Positions 37,589-45,392 of a DNA stretch of 64,000 bases are shown here, in pieces. This DNA is from an uncultured Gemmatimonadaceae bacterium. Its GTDB lineage: Bacteria; Gemmatimonadota; Gemmatimonadetes; Gemmatimonadales; Gemmatimonadaceae. The notes under the pieces are model-generated. The model was not told where the DNA came from. It searched no databases and was given only the letters and a program-made list of their open reading frames with translations. How positions within the stretch are numbered: position 1 is the stretch's first letter; every line of letters begins with the position of its first letter. The position numbers were made by a program, and so were the translations under genes. The stretch spans positions 992,001 through 1,056,000 of the forward strand of contig CAVXGK010000001.1 of the NCBI GenBank assembly GCA_963761305.1. The letters are read 5' to 3'.

Positions 37589-40500
37589 ATGCCCCTCTGG
37601 ACCGCAGTGCGGCGAATGTTCGCCTCTGCTACGCTCGTGCTGGCCGCAATTGCGCCGTCGGTCGCCGCCCAGCAGCAGACGGAGACGCTGACGGGAACGG
37701 TTCGCAGCGACAGCGGGGGCGTCATCGGAAATGCGGTCGTCACGGCTACGCCGGCGGGCGCCGGTGCCACGGCATCGGTCACCACGAGATCGAACACCGT
37801 TGGCCGCTGGACGATCGTGATGCCGGCCCGCGCCACCGACTACTACGTGACGGTGAGCGCGATCGGTTGGATCCAGCAGCGCCTCGACCTGAAGTCGAAT
37901 GGGGGGACTTCGCCGATCGTCGCCGACGTTTCGCTCAAGCGCGCGCCGGTCCGCCTCAATCCTGTTCAGGTCACTGCGGCGAAACGGCCTCCCGCGCAGC
38001 GTGAGTTTCTGATTGGAGCCGACGTTGCCGGCACGGAGAAAGGAGTGCTCGCCTCCTCCGAGGTGTTCGCCGTTGCGGATCAGGGCGATCTCATGGCGAT
38101 GATCTCGCAGGTGCCGGGCATCACGGTCACTTCCGACCCGAGCACCGGACTCCCGACGTTCTCCGCGCTCGGGTTGTCGGGGTCGCAGAACAACATCGTG
38201 CTGAACGGACTGTCGTACGGCGGCAGCGACATTCCACGAGACATCAACGGCGCCGTTCGCGTGACGGCCACGCCGTACGACGTGTCGCGCGGCGGATTCA
38301 GCGGCGCGCAGCTCTCGGTCACCCAAGCGCCGGGCAGCAACTTCTCACAGCGCCTCGCGCACGTCACGCTCGACGGTCCGGAGATGCAGTTCACCGACCA
38401 CGTCGGGCAGCAGCTTGGCCAGCAATACTCCAACGTGCAGCTGAGCGGCAACGTCACCGGTCCGATCGTGTATGATCGCGTCTTCTACAACGTGTCGTTT
38501 CAGGGCGGCCGGCGATCGAGCGACCTCGCGTCATTGCTGAGCAGCGACCCATCGACATTGCTCCGACTCGGACTCGCGCAGGACTCCGTGCGCGAGGTGG
38601 TAGCCGGCGCGCAGGACGCCGGCATTCCCATATCGAACGGCGGCATTCCCGACCATCGGCAGACGGAGAACGGATCCGTCCTCGCGCGATTCGACTGGAC
38701 TCCGTCCGATGCCGCGCAGGGCAGCCTCGTCACGTCGCTGCGCACGAACCGAACGGTTGCGAATTTCGTCGGGCCGACCGCGGTGCCGGGACACGGCGGC
38801 GACCAGACTCGAAACGGCGGCGACGTCACCGGCGAATTCTCGGCGCTGATTCACTCGGCGATCCTGAACGACACGCGCTTCGGGGCGCACGCCGACGTCA
38901 CCAATGCGACGCCGTACACGAACTTGCCCGACGCGCAGGTGCTCGTGACCTCGCAGCTGGCCGACGGGACGACCGGACTCACGTCGCTGCTCGTGGGCGG
39001 AAACTCGTCGTTGCCGCGCGACACGCGCGTCTCGGGCGGCGAATTCTTCAATCAGACGTCGTGGAATTCCATCGACGGCGCGCACCATTGGCGCGCGACG
39101 GTGAACGGCCGGCTGGATCACCTGTTTCAGAATTCCGGATTCGACACGCGCGGCAGCTTCCAGTACAACTCGATCGCCGATCTCGACGCGAATCACCCCG
39201 CCGCGTTCTCGCGCGCCTTCGTCTCGCACGGCATCGGCGCCGACGTTCAGACCGGCGCGCTCGCCTTGGGCGATCAGTGGACGGCGCTCGATCGATTGCG
39301 CCTGACGTACGGCCTGCGCCTCGACGCGAATCGCATTCCGACGTCGCTGCCGTACAACGGCGCGGTGGACAGCGTCTTCCACGTTCGCACCGACTTCGCG
39401 CCCAGCGGGGCGGCGGTGAGTCCGCGCGCGAGTTTTCAGTGGGGGTTCGGTAACAACGGCACGACCGGCATCCCCGGCTACGGAGCACCCTGGGGACTTC
39501 TCACCGGCGGCTTCGGCGAATTTCGTAACGATCTGCGTCCCGGCCTGATCACTCCGGTTCTCGCCAACGACGGTCTCGCCGACGGCACGAGTCAGTTGCT
39601 CTGCATCGGCGCCGCGGTGCCGACACCGAACTACGCCGCCTACATGCAGGATCCGTCGTCCATTCCCACGTCGTGCGCGGCCGGAACGAATCCGTCGTTC
39701 GTGAGCAGTCAACCGAACGTCTGGCTCATCGATCCGAGTTTCCAGTCGCAGCGAAGCTGGCGCGGCAACCTGGGCTTGCGCGGTCCGTTCATCACGAAAC
39801 TCTTCCGCTTTTCCGCCGACGTGACCTACTCGCTCAACGTGCACCAGCAGTCGGCCGTCGATCTGAACTTCGTGCCGGCGGTCCGCGGGGTGCTGGCATC
39901 CGAAGGAGACCGGCCGGTCTTTGCGTCGTCGTCCAGCATCGTGACCGCGACCGGGCAGGTGACCAACGTAGACTCTCGGTTCTCGCCGCAGTTCGGCAGC
40001 GTGAACGCGCTGCGTTCGGATCTCCAGTCGCACAGCACGCAGTACACGTTCGCCATCAACCCGATCGGGTTGAGCACGCAGCGCGTGCGGTGGTCGGCGT
40101 CATACACGTACGCGGACAATCGCGAGCAGACCCGCGGCTTCAGCAGCACGACCGCCGGCAATCCGTTGACGGTGGAGTGGTCTCCGAACGGAACGCAGCC
40201 GCGGCACGCCGTCAACATCAATCTCTACACGCGGATCCACGATCTCTTTTCGATCGCCGTCACGGGACGCGCCGTGTCCGGCACGCTGTTCACACCCGTC
40301 GTCGCCGGCGACATCAACGGCGACGGCCTGTCGAACGACCGCGCGTTCATCTTCAATCCGGCGACGGCGTCGCCGAGCCTCGCGGCGGGAATGAATTCAC
40401 TGTTGGCGAACGCGTCGCCGCGCGTGCGGTCGTGTCTCACGCGGCAGTACGGCGCGGTCGCCGGCCGCAACAGCTGCGCGGGACCATGGACCGCGACGGC

Positions 40501-41266
40501 CGCCGCGTCGCTCGTGCTCAATCCGGAGAGGCTCGGCTGGGAGAACCGCACGAGCATCTCGCTGAACGTTTCGAATCCGCTCGCCGGCGTCGACGAACTC
40601 CTCCATGGCGCGTCGCACATGCAGGGGTGGGGGCAGCCGGCGAGTCCCGATCCGACGCTGCTTCGCGTGAAGGGCTACGACCCGACGACGGCGTCGTACA
40701 TCTACGACGTGAACCAGCGCTTCGGCGACACGCGGCTTTCGACGTCCAGCATCCGGCTTCCGTTCATCATCAGCCTCGAGGCGCGCGTGCTCCTCATGGC
40801 GGATCAGGACCACCAGGGCGTGGACCAGATCGTCGGCGCGGGACGCGTTCACAAGGGCACCAAGCTCACCGGCCCGCAGCTGCGCGCCCGGCTTGGGAAC
40901 ACGGTGTTCAATCCGCTGCGGGGCATCCTCCAGGTGAAGGACTCGCTCAGCGTGTTGAGCCAGGCGCAGATCGATCGACTCACGCTCCTGCAGCGACGGC
41001 TTCAGGCCCGGCAGGACACGATCTGGGCACCGATCGTCGCATGGATCGATTCACTGCCCGAGGTCTACGACCGTGAGGCCGTGGTCGTCCGCGTGCGAGA
41101 CGGCCGCATCGCCGCGTACGACGTCATGGTCGACGCGATGGTCGAGGTTTCGAAGATTCTCACGCCCGAACAGATCGACGATTTCCCGCCGGCGCTGCGA
41201 TCGTCATTCGACCTCGAAGCGCTCAAAGCGAACCGACCGACGAAAGGGTTTTTCCCGAACTACTAG
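37589..41266 (+). CDS. TonB-dependent-receptor-like outer-membrane protein (carboxypeptidase-regulatory-like N-domain, plug, Oar-like barrel) with helical C-terminal extension
   Basis: Signal peptide; LTGTVRSD..IGNAVVT; plug-like VPGI..QNNIVLNG..YDVSRGGFSG; NVTGPIVYDRVFY; LTYGLRLD; GDINGDG..ND. Confidence 0.75.
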   Translation: MPLWTAVRRMFASATLVLAAIAPSVAAQQQTETLTGTVRSDSGGVIGNAVVTATPAGAGATASVTTRSNTVGRWTIVMPARATDYYVTVSAIGWIQQRLDLKSNGGTSPIVADVSLKRAPVRLNPVQVTAAKRPPAQREFLIGADVAGTEKGVLASSEVFAVADQGDLMAMISQVPGITVTSDPSTGLPTFSALGLSGSQNNIVLNGLSYGGSDIPRDINGAVRVTATPYDVSRGGFSGAQLSVTQAPGSNFSQRLAHVTLDGPEMQFTDHVGQQLGQQYSNVQLSGNVTGPIVYDRVFYNVSFQGGRRSSDLASLLSSDPSTLLRLGLAQDSVREVVAGAQDAGIPISNGGIPDHRQTENGSVLARFDWTPSDAAQGSLVTSLRTNRTVANFVGPTAVPGHGGDQTRNGGDVTGEFSALIHSAILNDTRFGAHADVTNATPYTNLPDAQVLVTSQLADGTTGLTSLLVGGNSSLPRDTRVSGGEFFNQTSWNSIDGAHHWRATVNGRLDHLFQNSGFDTRGSFQYNSIADLDANHPAAFSRAFVSHGIGADVQTGALALGDQWTALDRLRLTYGLRLDANRIPTSLPYNGAVDSVFHVRTDFAPSGAAVSPRASFQWGFGNNGTTGIPGYGAPWGLLTGGFGEFRNDLRPGLITPVLANDGLADGTSQLLCIGAAVPTPNYAAYMQDPSSIPTSCAAGTNPSFVSSQPNVWLIDPSFQSQRSWRGNLGLRGPFITKLFRFSADVTYSLNVHQQSAVDLNFVPAVRGVLASEGDRPVFASSSSIVTATGQVTNVDSRFSPQFGSVNALRSDLQSHSTQYTFAINPIGLSTQRVRWSASYTYADNREQTRGFSSTTAGNPLTVEWSPNGTQPRHAVNINLYTRIHDLFSIAVTGRAVSGTLFTPVVAGDINGDGLSNDRAFIFNPATASPSLAAGMNSLLANASPRVRSCLTRQYGAVAGRNSCAGPWTATAAASLVLNPERLGWENRTSISLNVSNPLAGVDELLHGASHMQGWGQPASPDPTLLRVKGYDPTTASYIYDVNQRFGDTRLSTSSIRLPFIISLEARVLLMADQDHQGVDQIVGAGRVHKGTKLTGPQLRARLGNTVFNPLRGILQVKDSLSVLSQAQIDRLTLLQRRLQARQDTIWAPIVAWIDSLPEVYDREAVVVRVRDGRIAAYDVMVDAMVEVSKILTPEQIDDFPPALRSSFDLEALKANRPTKGFFPNY

Positions 41267-41277
41267 GACTCTTAAGA

Positions 41278-41547
41278 AACTGCAACTGCATTGACGCAGA
41301 GACGCAGAGGACAACCACAAGCTGTCGCGCAACGAGCCGGGATGTTTTTGTGAACAGCCGCTCAGGAAGCTACGACGGGCCGGCAAAGCCCGCTTGCTTC
41401 GTGATGCACCCCGACCGGCAGTTCCCCCAAGAATCCCGGCTCGTGGTGCAATGGACCCCTCTCCGTTGTTGTTCTCTGCGTTCTCTGCGTTCTCTGCGTT
41501 CTCTGCGTCTGCGTTGAGCGGTTGCAGTTGTAGTTGCCGTTGCGGTT
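41278..41547. repeat. Intergenic long-hairpin repeat, family copy 2
   Basis: AACTGCAACTGC..GACGCAGAGACGCAGAG left arm; inner stem ACGAGCCGGGAT (41332-41343) / ATCCCGGCTCGT (41433-41444); (GTTCTCTGC)x4 at 41471-41506; right arm ends GCAGTT. Confidence 0.8.
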
Positions 41548-41563
41548 GTGAGCGGAGTCGTCC

Positions 41564-44242
41564 TCAGGTGTCCTCGTTGAGCGCGACGCGCGGATCGACA
41601 CTCGCGGCGCGGCGGGCGGGGAGAAACGCGGCGACGGCGCTCGTCGCGGTGAGCACGAGGATCGCCGCGCCGTACGACATCGGGTCGCGAGCCGTGACTC
41701 CTACCAGCAGCGTCGACAACAGGCGCGACGAAAGCAGAGCGGCGGGCACGCCGATGACGATGCCGATCGCGGCGAGCGTGAGTCCTTGCCGCACCACGAG
41801 CCGCAGCACGCGCGAACGTTGCGCGCCAAGCGCCATGCGAATGCCGATCTCGTGGCGGCGACGGCCGACGACGTACGAGAGCACCGAATAGATGCCGCCG
41901 ACGGCGAGGGCGAGCGCGATCGCGGCGAACGCCGACAGCGCGAGCGCGATCGTCTTCGCCGAGACGAACGACTGCTCGATCGCCATCTCGGCCGTCCTCA
42001 GGTCGGCGACCGGCACCTCCGGGTCGAGCGCGTGCACGGCGGTGCGAATCTCGGGGAACAGCGACGTCGGTTCGGCCTTGCCGTGGACGACGAACGCGAA
42101 CGTGTCGAACTCCGACGAGCTGTCGATGCGCGTCGTCGGGAAGTAGAGACCGGGAATCATCTCACGGCCGAGTCCATAGTGCTTCACGTCGTGCACGACG
42201 CCGACGACGGTCGACCAGTTCGCCGACGTGTCGCCCTCCGACGCGAGACGCTTGCCGGTGGGATCGGAGATCGTCGGCCAGAGCCGGCGAGCGAGCTGCT
42301 CATTGATCACGACGGGACGATATCCGCTTCGAACGCTCCCTTCGTGTTCGGCGTACGGCCGCCCGTGCACGAAGTGAACTCCCATCGTCGCGAAGTAGCC
42401 CGCCGACGCGTAGCGCGTGAGCGTCACGGGATTCTGTTCGTTGGGACGGAGCGCGCGAGCGCCTTCGGCTTTGTAGAAGTTGCCCCAATGGCACCCGAGC
42501 GGTGGACAGGTGATGAGCGCGACGTGGTCCACACCCGGCTGCGTCTCGAGCCTGCCCAGGAGCGCGTCGTAGAACGCCATCTGCTCCGTCCCGTTGCGGT
42601 ACGTGGCGCTCGGCAGCGAAACGCGAAACATCGCCACGCCGGCAGGATTGAATCCCGGATCGGTGTTGCGGAGCGAGCGATACGCGCGAAGCAGGAGACC
42701 GCCGCCCGTGAGTAACACGATCGCTAGCGCGACCTCGATGACGACCAGCCCGTCGAGCAGTCGGCGGTCGCGATGCGCCGTCGTCGTGCGAGTCACGGCG
42801 GCGGAGATCGTGGCGTGGACGTCGTCACGGCGCAGTTGTAGAACCGGAACGAGCCCGAACAGCAACGCCATCGCGATGACCACGCCGGCCGCGAAGAGCA
42901 TCGTACGCGGTCCGGCCGTCGCCAGCGCCCATGTCGGCACGAACGCAGAATCCATCGCCAGGAACGCTCTCAAACCGATCGCGCCGGCGACGGCACCGAC
43001 AACGCCCGCCACGCTGGCGAGGACGATGCTCTCGGTGAGCAACTGACGAGCGACGCGCCGCGTGCCGGCGCCGAGCGCCAGGCGGATCGCGATCTCTCGG
43101 CGGCGAAATACCGATCGCGCGAGCATCGCGCCAGCCACGTTCGCGCACGCGATCAACACGACGAGCACCGCGCCGAGCGTCAGCGCACGCGCCAGTCCCC
43201 TGAAATCTTCGACGTAGCGGTCGCGCAGCGGCATCACCAGCGGCGACACGGTGTGGGTCGAGTCGCTCGCCAGCCACACGGGCACGTGCGCTTCGTTCAG
43301 GTCCTTCGCCGCCGTGGCGAGCGACACGCCCGGCTTGAGCCGCGCGATTCCGTCGAGATAGTACGAGTGATCCGTCGACTTGGGATTCTCGTCGAGCGGA
43401 AGCCAGAGTCTGGCGCCGTCGGGGAACTCGGCCTCGCGCGGCAACACGCCGACAATCTCGTAGGCCGCGCTGTTGATTCGCAGCGTCTTGCCGAGCACGT
43501 CCTTCGTTCCGCCAAAGCGAGTCTGCCAGAGATCGTATCCGATCGCGACGACGTTGGGTCCCTTCGGCTTGTCCTCGTCGGCGCGGAAAAACCGGCCGAT
43601 CACCGGACGAATTCCCAACACGTCGCCGAGGTCGTAACTGACAGTGGCGCCTTGAACACGCACGGCCGTGCCTTCGGACGCCAGGTTCACGTGCGACATG
43701 CTCCACACCGCCATGCCGGCGAACGAATGCGCGCGGCCGCGCCAGGTGAGGTAGTCGCGGTAGTCGATTCCGGTGTACGTGAGATTCCAGCGCGGCGCTT
43801 TCTCGTTCAAGTACACGAGGCGACTCGACTCCGGAAACGGAAACGGCCGCAGGAAGATCGCGTCGAGCAGCGAGAAGACCGCCGTGTTCGCGGCCACGGC
43901 GAGCGCGAGGGTGCAGACGACGAGCGCCGTCGATCCAGGCTGGCGAGCGAATGACCGAACCGCAAACCGTACGTCCGAAGTCAGTGATGACATGCGCTCA
44001 CCTCGCTGCTGCTTTGGTTGTTGAACTCCGCGACGGTGTTCACGCCACCGTTCGTACGAGATTCGGCGTGCGAGATCGAGCAGCGCCGCCGAACACACGC
44101 GAGCGGACGCGACGAGACCCTGGCGCCGCGCTTCGGCAAGCTCTTCGTCGAACGCGGACTCCATGGCATCGCCGTAGCGCGCGTCGATCGAGCCGGGCAT
44201 GAGGCGGCGCAGCAAACGGAACGCGGGGAGGCCGAGTCGCAT
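41564..44242 (-). CDS. ADOP-type duplicated ABC permease
   Basis: ATG 44242 overlaps the PadR stop (TGATG); DVRFAVRSF..TLALAVAANTAVFS; LIACANVA; HEIGIRMALGA. Confidence 0.92.
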   Translation of the reverse strand: MRLGLPAFRLLRRLMPGSIDARYGDAMESAFDEELAEARRQGLVASARVCSAALLDLARRISYERWREHRRGVQQPKQQRGERMSSLTSDVRFAVRSFARQPGSTALVVCTLALAVAANTAVFSLLDAIFLRPFPFPESSRLVYLNEKAPRWNLTYTGIDYRDYLTWRGRAHSFAGMAVWSMSHVNLASEGTAVRVQGATVSYDLGDVLGIRPVIGRFFRADEDKPKGPNVVAIGYDLWQTRFGGTKDVLGKTLRINSAAYEIVGVLPREAEFPDGARLWLPLDENPKSTDHSYYLDGIARLKPGVSLATAAKDLNEAHVPVWLASDSTHTVSPLVMPLRDRYVEDFRGLARALTLGAVLVVLIACANVAGAMLARSVFRRREIAIRLALGAGTRRVARQLLTESIVLASVAGVVGAVAGAIGLRAFLAMDSAFVPTWALATAGPRTMLFAAGVVIAMALLFGLVPVLQLRRDDVHATISAAVTRTTTAHRDRRLLDGLVVIEVALAIVLLTGGGLLLRAYRSLRNTDPGFNPAGVAMFRVSLPSATYRNGTEQMAFYDALLGRLETQPGVDHVALITCPPLGCHWGNFYKAEGARALRPNEQNPVTLTRYASAGYFATMGVHFVHGRPYAEHEGSVRSGYRPVVINEQLARRLWPTISDPTGKRLASEGDTSANWSTVVGVVHDVKHYGLGREMIPGLYFPTTRIDSSSEFDTFAFVVHGKAEPTSLFPEIRTAVHALDPEVPVADLRTAEMAIEQSFVSAKTIALALSAFAAIALALAVGGIYSVLSYVVGRRRHEIGIRMALGAQRSRVLRLVVRQGLTLAAIGIVIGVPAALLSSRLLSTLLVGVTARDPMSYGAAILVLTATSAVAAFLPARRAASVDPRVALNEDT

Positions 44243-44568
44243 CACGCGTCTCCCGATCGCGCGAGGCGCGTCGCGACGGTTCGCGCCGTGGCGTGAAGAC
44301 GCTCGCCCTCCGCCGCGAGAGCGCGCCGACCAGCCGCCGTGACATGGAACCATCGTTCGTGCGAGCTCGCGGGCGCCTCGTCGGCAGGGCGCTTGTCGAG
44401 CGTTCGAATCCAGCCGTGCTCCTCGAGCTCGTCGAGTGAGCCGTAGAGCGTCGCCGGCCAAAGCTTGAGCTCGCCCTCGGTGAGCTCGAGGACGTCGCGC
44501 ATGATGCCGGAACCGTGGCGGTCTCGTCCGGCAAGGGAAATCAGGATGTACAGCCAGTTTCGTTTCAT
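44242..44568 (-). CDS. PadR family transcriptional regulator
   Basis: MKRNWLYILISL..RHGSGIM..LWPATLYGSLDELEEHGWI..VTAAGRRAL. Confidence 0.88.
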   Translation of the reverse strand: MKRNWLYILISLAGRDRHGSGIMRDVLELTEGELKLWPATLYGSLDELEEHGWIRTLDKRPADEAPASSHERWFHVTAAGRRALAAEGERLHATARTVATRLARSGDA

Positions 44569-44590
44569 AGGGCCGAGGATCGGAGGCGAT

Positions 44591-44614
44591 CCATTATAGT
44601 CGACAGTATAATGG
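44591..44614. promoter_or_regulatory. Palindromic operator candidate containing TATAAT on both strands, upstream of padR
   Basis: CCATTATA-gtcgacag-TATAATGG, a perfect 8-bp inverted repeat ending about 22 nt upstream of the padR ATG. Confidence 0.6.
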
Positions 44615-44627
44615 TGCGAAAGGTTGG

Positions 44628-44869
44628 AACGGCACCAGCAAAATGCTCGACGCAGAGACGCCGAGAACGCAGACGAACACTTGAAGTCCGTCCCACCACG
44701 AGCCGGAATTCTTTGGGAACTGCCCCGGGATGCTTCGTGGCATTTCAACTGCACCGGGGCGTCCCGAGCGGTGGTTCCACAGAAAAATCCCGGCTCGTCG
44801 CGGGACGGACTTCTCAAGAGCCTCTGCGTCTCTGATTTCTCTGCGTCCCTGCGTCGAGCAGTTGCCGTT
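44628..44869. repeat. Intergenic long-hairpin repeat, family copy 3 (core inverted relative to copies 1 and 2)
   Basis: TGCTCGACGCAG / CTGCGTCGAGCA arms; GAAGTCCGTCCC / GGGACGGACTTC stem; inner ACGAGCCGG / CCGGCTCGT stem. Confidence 0.8.
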
Positions 44870-44940
44870 AGCCTGCGCACCGCGGAAACTCCGTGGCCTG
44901 GCTAGTTTCCAACTCGACTCGCGCTCTGGAGAACGCTCCG

Positions 44941-45276
44941 ATGGGACTCTTTGACGGCGTATTGGGTGGCATCGTCGGCGCCGGGATGGTGTCGGTCGTC
45001 GGCGACATCCTCGAGAAACACGGCGGAGTGAGTGGCGTCGTGAACCAGTTTCAGAGGCAGGGATTCGGCGACACCGTCAAATCCTGGGTCGGCACGGGAC
45101 AGAACATGCCGATCGCGCCCGACGATCTTCATAGGGCCCTCGGTCCCGACACGATGAATCAGCTCGCGGCCAAGCTCGGCATGACGCCGCAGGAATTGGC
45201 AGCCAAGCTCTCCACCGTGCTGCCGCAGGCGATCGACAAGCTCACGCCGCAGGGCGTCGTCCCGCCCGGACAGTAG
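44941..45276 (+). CDS. YidB/DUF937 family protein
   Basis: MGLFDGVLGG..HGGVSGVV..F...G.GD.VKSWVGTGQN.PI..LP.AIDKLTPQG. Confidence 0.9.
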   Translation: MGLFDGVLGGIVGAGMVSVVGDILEKHGGVSGVVNQFQRQGFGDTVKSWVGTGQNMPIAPDDLHRALGPDTMNQLAAKLGMTPQELAAKLSTVLPQAIDKLTPQGVVPPGQ

Positions 45277-45282
45277 AACAAA

Positions 45283-45365
45283 GGGAACAGCCACTGCTGG
45301 CCTTTTCGCAGTTGGTTTGCTCCGCGAAATCCGTCCCGTCCGCAAGATCGTTGCCGTACAGTTGT
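45283..45365. repeat. Degenerate half-copy of the hairpin repeat family
   Basis: GGCCTTTTCGCAGTT is near-complementary to copy-1 AACTGCGAAGGGCC; GCAGTTGGTTTGCTCCGCG resembles the copy-1 right arm; GAACAGCC as in copy 2. Confidence 0.4.
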
Positions 45366-45392
45366 TCGACTGTCAGCCGACGGCGCGAGAAG

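Noticed and set aside
44569..44880. Long N-terminal extension of PadR 2, and ORFs reading TQRTQR / SAFSAFSA across the hairpin repeats
   Set aside because: These are translations of the non-coding repeat arms. PadR homology starts at ATG 44568.
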